DNA of 32,000 bases from Delftia acidovorans NBRC 14950 (GCF_001598795.1 NZ_BCZP01000023.1:30001-62000); one strand, 5' to 3'; positions 8,237 to 16,191 are shown, numbered from the stretch's first letter. Program-made: numbers and translations. Notes: a model not told the origin generated them from the letters alone.

Positions 8237-9024
8237 ATCTGGTCAGCCGGGGCGGCAGACACGGCAGGCGTGGTGCCCTGGCCGCGCTGGCGCAGCGCTT
8301 CGTACAGGCACACGCCGCTGGCCACGGACACGTTGAGGCTGGAGACGGCGCCCATCATGGGGATGCCGATCAGCTCGTCGCAGGTCTTGCGCGTGAGCTG
8401 GCGCATGCCGTCGCCTTCGGCGCCCAGCACCAGGGCCGTGGGGCCCGTGAGGTCCACCTCGTACAGGGTCTTGGGCGCATCGTCGCTGGTGCCGATGATC
8501 CAGATGTCGCGCTCCTTGAGTTCATTGAGCGTGCGCGCCAGGTTGGTGACCATGAAATAGGGCACGGTCTCGGCCGCGCCGCTGGCCACCTTGGCCACGG
8601 TGGCGTTCACGCCCACCGCATGGTCCTTGGGCGCAATCACCGCATGGGCGCCGGCGCCATCGGCCACGCGCAGGCAGGCCCCCAGGTTGTGCGGATCGGT
8701 CACGCCGTCCAGCACCAGCAGCAGCGGCTTGCTGATGCCGTCAGCCTCCAGCTGCTCCAGCAATTCGTCCAGCGAATGCACCTGGGCCACCGCCTCCACG
8801 CGAGCGGCCACGCCCTGGTGGCCATGGCTGCCAGCCAGCTTGGCAAGGCGTTCGCCGTCGGCCTCGATCAGCCGGACGCCGGCCGACTTGGCGCGGTCGA
8901 GGAACTGGCGCATGCGCGCATCGCGGCGCGTGGCCTCGTAGTAGACCTCGATGATGGATTGGGGCGCGGTCTTCATGCGCACGCCGACGGCGTGGAAGCC
9001 GAAGAGAACTTTGGGGGACGACAT
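8233..9024 (-). CDS. rlmB: 23S rRNA (guanosine-2'-O-)-methyltransferase RlmB (SpoU/TrmH family)
   Basis: Motifs: [62 protein letters not shown] prefer ATG at 9024 ([11 protein letters not shown]) over the TTG at 9033. Confidence 0.9.
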   Translation of the reverse strand: MSSPKVLFGFHAVGVRMKTAPQSIIEVYYEATRRDARMRQFLDRAKSAGVRLIEADGERLAKLAGSHGHQGVAARVEAVAQVHSLDELLEQLEADGISKPLLLVLDGVTDPHNLGACLRVADGAGAHAVIAPKDHAVGVNATVAKVASGAAETVPYFMVTNLARTLNELKERDIWIIGTSDDAPKTLYEVDLTGPTALVLGAEGDGMRQLTRKTCDELIGIPMMGAVSSLNVSVASGVCLYEALRQRGQGTTPAVSAAPADQI

Positions 9025-9161
9025 GGGGCGCAATTATCCCGCCAATTGAGCGGTGCCCCGGGCCCCGCCTTGCGAAGCCCGTCTGCGCGCAACGGCTCCT
9101 GTGGTTTTTACGTAGCCGCTACACTGCGCGGCTTGGCCGCCTTCCAGCAGCCCTGCACATT

Positions 9162-9203
9162 GCGGCATGCACCGTAGCCACGGGCATGCCGCTTTGCATT
9201 TTT
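9162..9203 (+). terminator. Terminator-like hairpin plus T-tract in the sstT 5' leader (possible attenuator)
   Basis: GCGGCATGC (9162-9170) pairs with GCATGCCGC (9184-9192). There is an inner CCGT/ACGG extension. The hairpin is followed by TTTGCATTTTT. It lies 39 nt upstream of the sstT ATG, and no plus-strand gene upstream would need a terminator here. Confidence 0.35.
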
Positions 9204-9241
9204 CCATCGCTTGAGTTTTTTCCTTTTCTTTGCCAACCATC

Positions 9242-10465
9242 ATGCTCAAAGCCCTCTTCGCCCGGCTTGCCCGCACCAGCCTGGTCGGCCAGATCGCCAT
9301 CAGCCTGGTCGCTGGCGGCCTGCTGGCCTGGCTCTGGCCCGAGGCCGCCCAGTCCGTGTCCCTGCTGGGCACGCTGTTCATCTCCGCCCTCAAGGCCGTG
9401 GCGCCCGTGCTGGTACTGCTGCTGGTGGTCTCGGCCACCAGCAACCACCGGCCTGGCCAGGCCACGCAGATACGGCCCATCCTGTGGCTGTATGTGCTGG
9501 GCACCTTTGCGGCGGCCGTGGTCGCCGTGGCGGCCAGCATGGCCTTCCCTTCCACCATCCAGTTCAAGGATGCCGCCCCGGCCCAGGGCGCACCCGGGCG
9601 CATTGGCGAAGTGCTGATGGCCCTGGTGCAAAGCGCCTTCGACAACCCCGTGCGTGCGCTGATGAATGCCAACTACATCGGCATCCTCGCCTGGGCCCTG
9701 GCCATGGGCATGGCCCTGCGCCATGCCTCGGAGTCCACGCGCACCGTGATGCAGGACCTGGGCCAGGCCATCACCCGCGTGATCCAGGGCGTGATCCGGC
9801 TGGCGCCGCTGGGCATCTTTGGCCTGGTGGCGGGCACCTTTGCCCAGTCGGGCCTGGAAAAGCTGCTGGACTACGCGCACCTGCTGGCCGTGCTGCTGGG
9901 CTGCATGCTCTTCGTGGCCCTGGTGGTGAACCCGCTCATCGTCTGGACACAGACGCGCCGCAACCCCTATCCGCTGGTGCTGACCTGCCTGCGCGAGAGC
10001 GCGGTGACGGCCTTCTTCACGCGCAGCTCGGCCGCCAACATTCCGGTGAACCTGGCGCTGGCCAAGCGCCTGGGCCTGGATGAGGACACCTACAGCGTCT
10101 CCATCCCGCTGGGCGCCACCATCAACATGGCCGGCGCCGCCGTCACCATCAGCGTGCTCTCGCTGGCTGCGGCCCACACGCTGGGCATCGAGGTCGATCT
10201 GCTGACCGCCATCTTGCTGTGCGTGGTGTCCGCGGTCTGCGCCTGCGGCGCCTCGGGCGTGGCCGGCGGCTCGTTGCTGCTGATTCCGCTGGCCTGCAGC
10301 CTGTTCGGCATCTCCAACGATCTGGCCATGCAGGTGGTTGGCGTGGGCTTTGTGATCGGCGTGATCCAGGACTCGGCCGAAACCGCGCTGAACTCCTCGA
10401 CCGACGTGATCTTCACGGCAGCTGCCTGCGAGGCAGCCGGGCGCCGTGAGGCCGTGGCGGCCTGA
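9242..10465 (+). CDS. sstT: Serine/threonine:sodium symporter SstT (DAACS family)
   Basis: The N-terminus [26 protein letters not shown]...[21 protein letters not shown] closely parallels E. coli SstT as I recall it. The protein is 407 aa and polytopic. I prefer ATG 9242 over TTG 9230. Confidence 0.9.
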   Translation: MLKALFARLARTSLVGQIAISLVAGGLLAWLWPEAAQSVSLLGTLFISALKAVAPVLVLLLVVSATSNHRPGQATQIRPILWLYVLGTFAAAVVAVAASMAFPSTIQFKDAAPAQGAPGRIGEVLMALVQSAFDNPVRALMNANYIGILAWALAMGMALRHASESTRTVMQDLGQAITRVIQGVIRLAPLGIFGLVAGTFAQSGLEKLLDYAHLLAVLLGCMLFVALVVNPLIVWTQTRRNPYPLVLTCLRESAVTAFFTRSSAANIPVNLALAKRLGLDEDTYSVSIPLGATINMAGAAVTISVLSLAAAHTLGIEVDLLTAILLCVVSAVCACGASGVAGGSLLLIPLACSLFGISNDLAMQVVGVGFVIGVIQDSAETALNSSTDVIFTAAACEAAGRREAVAA

Positions 10466-10489
10466 GCGCCACCCCTTGCTGGCGTCTGA

Positions 10490-11200
10490 TCAGGCCGCCA
10501 GCGCCTGCCCCTCTTCGATGCTGGCGACGCGGCCGGCCTCGATGGTCACGCGGCGTTCGCAGCGCGCGGCGATGGCTCGGTCATGGGTGACCATGACCAG
10601 CGTCGTGCCGCGCTCGCGGTTGAGCGCGAACATCAACTCCATGATGGTTTCGCCGGTCGCAAAGTCCAGGCTGCCCGTGGGCTCGTCGGCCAGCAGCACG
10701 GCGGGCTCGACCACGAAGGCGCGGGCCAGCGCCACGCGCTGCTGCTCGCCACCCGACAGCAGCTTGGGATAGTGGCCCAGGCGCTGCCCCAGGCCGACGC
10801 GCTCCAGCATCTCGGTGGCGCGGCGGCGGGCCTCGCGGCTGCCCGCCAGCTCCAGCGGCAGCATCACGTTCTCCAGCGCCGTCAGATTGCCCAGCAGCTG
10901 GAAGCTCTGGAACACAAAGCCGAGCTTTTGCGCGCGCACGGCGGCGCGTGCATCCTCATCCAGCGCGAACATGTCCTGGCCCTGCAGCCGCACAGTGCCG
11001 CGCGTGGGCGTATCCAGGCCGGCAAGAATGGACAGCAGCGTGCTCTTGCCCGAGCCCGAGGCACCGACGATGGCCACGGTTTCCCTTGCCGCGAAGCGCA
11101 GATCGATATCCCTCAGAATATCCAGTGTTCCGGTCGAATCGCTGACCGACTTGAAGACATGCTCGACTTCGATCAGGGGCTGGGCAGTGCTTTGTGACAT
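10490..11200 (-). CDS. ybbA: ABC transporter ATP-binding protein, YbbA/LolD-like
   Basis: Walker A GASGSGKSTLLSILAGL, signature LSGGEQQRVALARA, Walker B LLADEPTGSLD, H-loop VMVTHD. It lies divergent from tesA, as in E. coli. The true start is ATG 11200 (MSQSTAQPLIEVEHVFK). The 392-aa track ORF is an upstream over-extension. Confidence 0.9.
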   Translation of the reverse strand: MSQSTAQPLIEVEHVFKSVSDSTGTLDILRDIDLRFAARETVAIVGASGSGKSTLLSILAGLDTPTRGTVRLQGQDMFALDEDARAAVRAQKLGFVFQSFQLLGNLTALENVMLPLELAGSREARRRATEMLERVGLGQRLGHYPKLLSGGEQQRVALARAFVVEPAVLLADEPTGSLDFATGETIMELMFALNRERGTTLVMVTHDRAIAARCERRVTIEAGRVASIEEGQALAA

Positions 11201-11216
11201 GGAGGATGGGAAGACG

Positions 11217-11882
11217 ATGCAAGACAAGCTGCGCGCAATGCGCCGACGCCGCCACTTTATATCGGCCGGCTTGGCCTTCGGCCTGCTGGGTACTTGGACG
11301 GCCACGTCCACGTGGGCAGCCGAGACGGGCCCGCTGCTGGTGCTGGGCGACTCGCTGAGTGCCGAATACGGACTGGCCCGTGGCACGGGCTGGGTGGCAC
11401 TGCTGCAAAAGCGCCTGCAGGAGAGCCCAAAGAATGTGCCGCTGGTCAACGCCAGCGTGAGTGGGGAGACCACCTCGGGCGGCCGCTCTCGCCTGCCTGC
11501 CTTGCTCAAGCAGCACAAGCCATCGGTGGTGGTGATCGAATTGGGTGGCAACGATGCGCTGCGGGGTCTGCCGCTGCAAAGCACGCAGGGCAATCTGGAC
11601 GCCATGGTCCGCGCGGCCCGGGATGCCGGAGCCAAGGTACTGCTGGTGGGCATGCAGGTGCCGCCCAACTATGGCAGCGGCTATACGCGCCAGTTCGAGC
11701 AGTTGTTTGCCAAGGTGGCGCAGGAGCAGAAGGTGCCGCTGGTGCCCTTCCTGCTGGCCGGCATCGGCGATGCGGCCGATTCTGCCCAGTGGTTCCAGGC
11801 CGACCGCATCCACCCCACGGCCAAGGCCCAGCCGCGCATGCTGGACAACGTCTGGCCCCAGCTCAGCAAGCTGCTGCCCTGA
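11217..11882 (+). CDS. tesA: SGNH/GDSL arylesterase, acyl-CoA thioesterase I / lysophospholipase L1 (TesA-like), exported
   Basis: GDSLSAEYG block I, SGETTSGG block II, ELGGNDALRG block III and DRIHPT block V are present. The signal peptide carries RRRRHF. GGAGGA at 11201-11206 precedes ATG 11217. An alternative ATG at 11199 forms CATG with the ybbA start. Confidence 0.85.
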   Translation: MQDKLRAMRRRRHFISAGLAFGLLGTWTATSTWAAETGPLLVLGDSLSAEYGLARGTGWVALLQKRLQESPKNVPLVNASVSGETTSGGRSRLPALLKQHKPSVVVIELGGNDALRGLPLQSTQGNLDAMVRAARDAGAKVLLVGMQVPPNYGSGYTRQFEQLFAKVAQEQKVPLVPFLLAGIGDAADSAQWFQADRIHPTAKAQPRMLDNVWPQLSKLLP

Positions 11883-11901
11883 GCTCAGGGCAGGCAGGGT
11901 G

Positions 11902-12087
11902 TCAGCTGCCGCGGCCTTCCTCGCCGGGACGGGCTGCTGCAGGAGATGCCTGCGCACTACCTTCTGAGCCGTCGCCCTCATGGTCGTCGGGTCTTTTTTC
12001 GGCCTTGGCCTTCTCCTTCTCTAGCTTCTTCTGCTTCTTGGCCAGTTCGCGCTGGCGTTTTTCATAGGCGTAATTGGGTGTCGCCAC
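11902..12087 (-). CDS. Small (61 aa) Lys/Glu-rich hypothetical protein
   Basis: A GTG start at 12087 is preceded by GAGGAG with a 7-nt spacer. The product is VATPNYAYEKRQRELAKKQKKLEKEKAKAEKRPDDHEGDGSEGSAQASPAAARPGEEGRGS. This is the internal start of track ORF 11902..12273, whose N-terminal part looks non-coding. Confidence 0.5.
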   Translation of the reverse strand: MATPNYAYEKRQRELAKKQKKLEKEKAKAEKRPDDHEGDGSEGSAQASPAAARPGEEGRGS

Positions 12088-12151
12088 AGGTGGACTCCTC
12101 TGTTGTTGCAAGCCCCACTGTAGCCGCAAGACGGGGCATGCCAGGAAAACC

Positions 12152-12961
12152 TCAGGATATGGTGGACGCAGGCACGGCGGAATCGCCCACGCTGCAACGG
12201 TATGCATGCCAACTGGCACAGCCCAGCAAAGGCCCCACCAGCAGCAGGCCCGCGCCATGCCACCACAGGGCAACCGCCACCAGCACGGTGATGATCGCGG
12301 CCCACTGCAGCATGACGGCCAGGTTCAGGCCGACCACGCGCATGCTGGTGATGCAGGCCGTGAGCGCATCGCTGCCCCGGTCCAGCATGGCCGGGAGCGC
12401 CACCACCATGCTGGCGAACACCAGGGCCGCGAATGCGCCGCCGACCAGCAGGTAAATGGCCAGGAATTCCCAGTTCTCGGGCCGCGCCACGGCCTGCAGC
12501 ATGCCGGCCGTGGTGGGCATGCCGGTATCGAAGAACACGGCAAAGACCACCATGGAGGCGCGCGCCCAGAGCATCTCCAGCACCAGCAGCACCATGACCA
12601 GCATGCCCATGCTGCCCATCTGCGTGTCCCAGCAGGTCAGCGAGCTGCTCAGTTGGGGCGGCAAGCCCCGCTCCAGCCTGCTGCTGGTGTCGTACAGGCC
12701 CATGGCCAGGAAGGGGCCGATGAGCAGGCAGCCGCTGGCCATGGCCATGCTGTATTCCGGGCTGGCGCGGAACACCCAGCCGATCAGCAGGGCCATGGCC
12801 CAGAAGCACAGGCCGTAGAACAGCGCCACGCCGGGCGCACGCCGCAGATCGCGCCAGCCCAGGGCCAGCCAGCGCCAGGGATCGGCCATGCGCAGCAGTT
12901 GCACCTGCAGCATGCCGGCCGGGTTGTCGGAAGCTTTCTCGGGAGCGGGGGATGCCTGCAT
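12152..12961 (-). CDS. Integral membrane protein, DUF2189-like
   Basis: 269 aa. About 5-6 hydrophobic segments are visible. The N-terminal PWRWLALGWRDLRRAPGVALFYGL resembles DUF2189 as I remember it. Coding-like GC3 bias. Confidence 0.7.
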   Translation of the reverse strand: MQASPAPEKASDNPAGMLQVQLLRMADPWRWLALGWRDLRRAPGVALFYGLCFWAMALLIGWVFRASPEYSMAMASGCLLIGPFLAMGLYDTSSRLERGLPPQLSSSLTCWDTQMGSMGMLVMVLLVLEMLWARASMVVFAVFFDTGMPTTAGMLQAVARPENWEFLAIYLLVGGAFAALVFASMVVALPAMLDRGSDALTACITSMRVVGLNLAVMLQWAAIITVLVAVALWWHGAGLLLVGPLLGCASWHAYRCSVGDSAVPASTIS

Positions 12962-13000
12962 GCCTGGACCTCCTGGATCAGCGAGTCCAAAGTTATCGCA

Positions 13001-13022
13001 GCCATGGCACTGCTGCCATGGC
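13001..13022 (-). terminator. Hairpin downstream of phoD
   Basis: GCCATGGCA-ctgc-TGCCATGGC: a perfect 9-bp stem with a 4-nt loop, 51 nt after the phoD stop. The U-tract is weak. Confidence 0.35.
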
Positions 13023-13072
13023 GGAAACTACCGAGGCCGCCCAGACACCCAGGTCTGTGCCCAAGTCTGCAC

Positions 13073-14824
13073 TCAGGCCTGGACCAGCTTGCCCGGCTGG
13101 CCGGGCAGCACCTTCCAGGCCGCATCGCGCGCAGCCTGGTACTGGCGGCTGAACACGGTGTCCACGTAGATCCACTCGGCCTGGCAGGCCTGCGGCGTGG
13201 CCGTGACGATCATGTAGCCACGGCGCGAGGTATCGCAGTACTTGAGCGTGGAGATGAATTGCAGCAGCGCGCCACGCAGCTGGGCCGGGTCCTGGCCCGA
13301 CAGGTATTCCTCGAAACCCGGCGAGCTGACGGACGAGGTGGCGAACTCCACGCCCACGGCCTGCCCGCTGCGGTCACGCAATTCGCTGGCCCAGGCGTTG
13401 TGGGTGTCGCCGGCCAGCACGACCAGGTTCTTGCCCAGGCTGCGCGCCGTGGCCAGCACGGTCTCGCGTGCCACGGCATAGCCGTCCCAGGCATCGAGGT
13501 TGTAGGGAATGCTGGGCTGGGCCAGGATGGCCTTTTCCGCCGCCGTCAGGCTGGCCGGGTTGGCCTGCGCCTTGGCCAGCAGCGCCGCGTAGGCCGGCAG
13601 CGAGACACCGCTGCCGGGGCTGAGGATGTCCATCAGCAAGGGCGCCGGCAGCTCCATGCGCCCCATCAGCACCTGCTGGCCCAGCACCTGCCAGGTGGCC
13701 TGCGAGGCTGCCAGCTGCTGGCCCAGCCACTGGGTCTGGGTGGCGCCCATGAGCTGGCGCGCAGGATTGGCCATGTCGGAGGTGAAGCGTGCCGCGTCCA
13801 GGCCCTGGGCGGTGAAGTAGTCGGCGTAGTCCAGTTGTTTGTCGCGGCCGATGACGCGCGTGTCCAGCATGTGCAGCGCCAGCAGGTCGCCGAAGGCGAA
13901 GCTGCGGTAGATGATCTCGGGCTGCGCGTTGCGCGTGGGCATCCACTCGTGATAGGCCTTGAGCGCGGCCACCTTGCGCAGTTCGAAATCGCCCTCGGTG
14001 GCCGGCTGGTGGTTTTCGGCGCCGTGCATCCAGGTGTCGTTGGAGACTTCGTGATCGTCCCAGACGGCAATCATGGGAGCCGCCGCATGCAGGGCCTGCA
14101 GGTCGGCATCGCTCTTGTACTGGGCATGGCGCTGGCGGTAGTCGGCCAGGCTGACGATTTCGTTGGCCGGCAGGCTCTGGCGTTGCATGGCTTCGGCCTT
14201 GCCATTGGCATAGCCTCCGCGTGCGTATTCATAGATGTAGTCGCCCAGGTGCACGGTGGCATCCAGGTCGCCCTGGCGCGCGGCATGCGCGTAGACGTTG
14301 AAGTAGCCCGCCGGGTAGTTGGCGCAGGAGAACACGGCCAGCTTGACCTGCTGCACGGCGCCCACGGGCAGGGTGCGCGTGCGGCCCGTGGCGCTGGTCA
14401 TGCCCTGGCAGCGAAAGCGGTAGTGGTAGCGCGTGGCCGGCTTGAGGCCCGTGGCGTCGGCCTTGAAGGTGAAGTCCTGGGTGGCGCGCGCCATGGCCTT
14501 GCCCGACACCACGATGGTCTTGAAGTCGGCGTCCGAGGCCAGTTCCCACTCCACCTCGATGTCGCTGGAATGGCCCTGGGGCGGCGTCACGCGGGTCCAG
14601 AGGATGACGCGGTCGCTCAACGGGTCGCCGCTGGCCACGCCGTGGCGGAACTCGACGGGAATGCTGCTGTCGCCATCGGAGCCGCCGCAGCCGGCCAGTG
14701 GCAGCGCCAGGGCCGATGCGCCCATGCCGCGCACGAAATGGCGGCGGCTGGCCACGATGCCGGACCCATTGGACGCGGTCTTCGCGTGCTGCAGGATATT
14801 GGTGATGCTCTCTTTGTGCTTCAT
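13073..14824 (-). CDS. phoD: Alkaline phosphatase D (PhoD family), Tat-exported lipoprotein
   Basis: Twin-arginine signal SRRHFVRGMGASALALPLAGC with a lipobox. PhoD N-terminal motif FRHGVASGDPLSDRVILWTRV. Metallophosphatase blocks HLGDYIYEY, WDDHEVSND, VVLAGDTHNAW. ATG 14824 (MKHKESI) is the internal start of the 610-aa track ORF. Confidence 0.9.
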   Translation of the reverse strand: MKHKESITNILQHAKTASNGSGIVASRRHFVRGMGASALALPLAGCGGSDGDSSIPVEFRHGVASGDPLSDRVILWTRVTPPQGHSSDIEVEWELASDADFKTIVVSGKAMARATQDFTFKADATGLKPATRYHYRFRCQGMTSATGRTRTLPVGAVQQVKLAVFSCANYPAGYFNVYAHAARQGDLDATVHLGDYIYEYARGGYANGKAEAMQRQSLPANEIVSLADYRQRHAQYKSDADLQALHAAAPMIAVWDDHEVSNDTWMHGAENHQPATEGDFELRKVAALKAYHEWMPTRNAQPEIIYRSFAFGDLLALHMLDTRVIGRDKQLDYADYFTAQGLDAARFTSDMANPARQLMGATQTQWLGQQLAASQATWQVLGQQVLMGRMELPAPLLMDILSPGSGVSLPAYAALLAKAQANPASLTAAEKAILAQPSIPYNLDAWDGYAVARETVLATARSLGKNLVVLAGDTHNAWASELRDRSGQAVGVEFATSSVSSPGFEEYLSGQDPAQLRGALLQFISTLKYCDTSRRGYMIVTATPQACQAEWIYVDTVFSRQYQAARDAAWKVLPGQPGKLVQA

Positions 14825-14887
14825 GCTGGACCAGGGGCTGGAGGCCCCCGTGGGATGGTATGAAGCCAACGAGCATCGGTGCTGCCG

Positions 14888-14905
14888 GTGACAGGCGCAT
14901 GTCAC
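14888..14905 (-). promoter_or_regulatory. Pho-box-like element upstream of phoD; it is embedded in the hairpin 14885-14908, which could alternatively be the metC terminator
   Basis: The minus strand reads GTGACAT-GCGC-CTGTCAC. That is two 7-mers with a 4-nt spacer, matching CTGTCAT at 5/7 and CTGTCA(C/T) at 7/7. The element ends 63 nt upstream of the phoD ATG. The same bases form the perfect 9-bp inverted repeat CCGGTGACA/TGTCACCGG. Confidence 0.4.
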
Positions 14906-14922
14906 CGGCGCCTGGCGCTCAA

Positions 14923-16152
14923 CTATGCGAACGCAGCGGCCAGAGCCTGCTCCAGGTCGGCACGCAGGTCCTGCACGGCCTCCAGGCCGATGGCAAAGCG
15001 CACCACGGTGCCGCTGCGCAGCTGGGGCGTGGGGCAGCTGCGCATGGACGGCAGCTCATAGGGCACGACCAGGCTGATGGGGCCGCCCCAGCTGTAGCCG
15101 ATCTTGAACAGGCGCAGGCTGTCGCAGAAGCGGTCCACGGCCTGCTGGCCGTGGCGCGGGTCGATGACCACGCTGAACAGGCCGGCCGCCACGCCCTCGC
15201 CGCCACCGGCTGCGCCGCACAGGGCCTTCCAGTTCTCGTGGCCTGGAGCGCCTTCCAGCGCGGGATGCAGCACCTGGACCACGGCCGGCTGCTGCTGCAG
15301 CCAGCGCGCCAGCTCGCGCGCGGCGCGGTCCTGTGCGTGGTAGCGCAGCGCAATGCTGGGCAGCGAGCGCAGCACGGCCTCGGTGTCGTTGCCGCCCACG
15401 CCCAGGCCCAGGCGCATATGGGCCAGCTTGATACGCATGTGCAGCGCCTGGTCGCGCGTGATGATGCTGCCCATGAGCACATCGCCACCGCCGCTGGGGT
15501 ACTTGGTCAGCGCATGGACGGTGGCGTCCACGCCCAGGCTGTGCGAGCCGTCGCCCAGCAGGTCGAAGGGATTGAAGGCCAGGCCCGCGCCCCAGGTGTT
15601 GTCCAGCACGGTGGTGATGCCGCGCGCGCGGCACAGGCGCACCATGGCGATGAGGTCAGGAAACTCCATGGTCACCGAGCCCGGCGCCTCCAGCCAGACC
15701 AAACGCGTCTTGGGCGTGATTTTGGCTTCGAGGTCGGCAACATCCATGGCGTCGTAGCACTGGTGGCGCACGCCGAAATGGGCCAGCTCGCCCTCGCTCA
15801 GGGTCTTGTTGGGACCGTAGGCGTTGTCGGGCAGCAGCATCTCGTCGCCGGTGCGCAGCAGGGCCAGGGAGGTGGTGGCGATGGCCGCCAGGCCGCTGGG
15901 CACCAGCAGGCATTGCAGGCCGCCTTCCAGCGCGCTCAGGCGCTCTTCCAGCAAGAAGGTGGTGGGCGTGCCGTGCAGGCCGTAGGTGTAGCTGCTCTTG
16001 TCCAGCCACTGGCGGCGGCGCATGGCCGCCACGTTCTCGAAGATCACCGTCGAGGCCTTGTGCACCGGCGGCTGCGGCGCGACAAAGCCTTCGGGCGGCT
16101 GGTAGGGATGGTGGATGAGATGGGTGCTGATCTGCAGGTCGGGTGTGCTCAT
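14923..16152 (-). CDS. metC: Cystathionine beta-lyase (PLP-dependent, Cys/Met metabolism family)
   Basis: 409 aa. The protein is collinear with E. coli MetC as I recall it (STHLIH..., YTYGLHGTPTTFLLEERLSALEGG, TKYPSGGGDVLMG, IGYSWGGPISLV, VRFAIGLE). ATG 16152 (MSTPDLQ). Confidence 0.9.
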   Translation of the reverse strand: MSTPDLQISTHLIHHPYQPPEGFVAPQPPVHKASTVIFENVAAMRRRQWLDKSSYTYGLHGTPTTFLLEERLSALEGGLQCLLVPSGLAAIATTSLALLRTGDEMLLPDNAYGPNKTLSEGELAHFGVRHQCYDAMDVADLEAKITPKTRLVWLEAPGSVTMEFPDLIAMVRLCRARGITTVLDNTWGAGLAFNPFDLLGDGSHSLGVDATVHALTKYPSGGGDVLMGSIITRDQALHMRIKLAHMRLGLGVGGNDTEAVLRSLPSIALRYHAQDRAARELARWLQQQPAVVQVLHPALEGAPGHENWKALCGAAGGGEGVAAGLFSVVIDPRHGQQAVDRFCDSLRLFKIGYSWGGPISLVVPYELPSMRSCPTPQLRSGTVVRFAIGLEAVQDLRADLEQALAAAFA

Positions 16153-16191
16153 GCAGCGCATCTTATGCGCTGGGCAACGGCGTTCAGGCAT

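Noticed and set aside
9167-9214. 15-codon ORF (MHRSHGHAALHFSIA) across the sstT leader hairpin, considered as a classical Ser/Thr attenuation leader peptide
   Set aside because: It contains no run of Ser or Thr codons, as an amino-acid-sensing leader for a Ser/Thr transporter would need, and it has no SD. The four His codons are intriguing, but there is no his-related gene downstream. It is kept only as a note under the leader-hairpin finding.
10490-11668. 392-aa version of the ybbA ORF extending into tesA
   Set aside because: The N-terminal 156 residues are Ser/Pro/Arg/Cys-rich, antisense to tesA, and absent from YbbA homologues as I recall them. The ATG at 11200 gives a canonical 236-aa NBD.
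13004-13018. TGGCAC...TGC resemblance to a sigma-54 -24/-12 promoter
   Set aside because: The spacing is wrong. TGGCAC is followed by TGCTGCCAT, so GC does not fall at the -12 position of TGGCAC-N5-TTGC. The bases are fully explained by the 9-bp inverted repeat after phoD.
12074-14863. Longest ORF in the track (929 aa, plus strand)
   Set aside because: It lies entirely antisense to the well-supported phoD and DUF2189 genes. The product is Gly/Arg/His/Ala-rich low-complexity sequence (e.g. HAGRGGHAGIEEHGKDHHGGARPEH) with no recognisable motif. Long antisense ORFs are expected in DNA with high GC3 because stop codons are rare.
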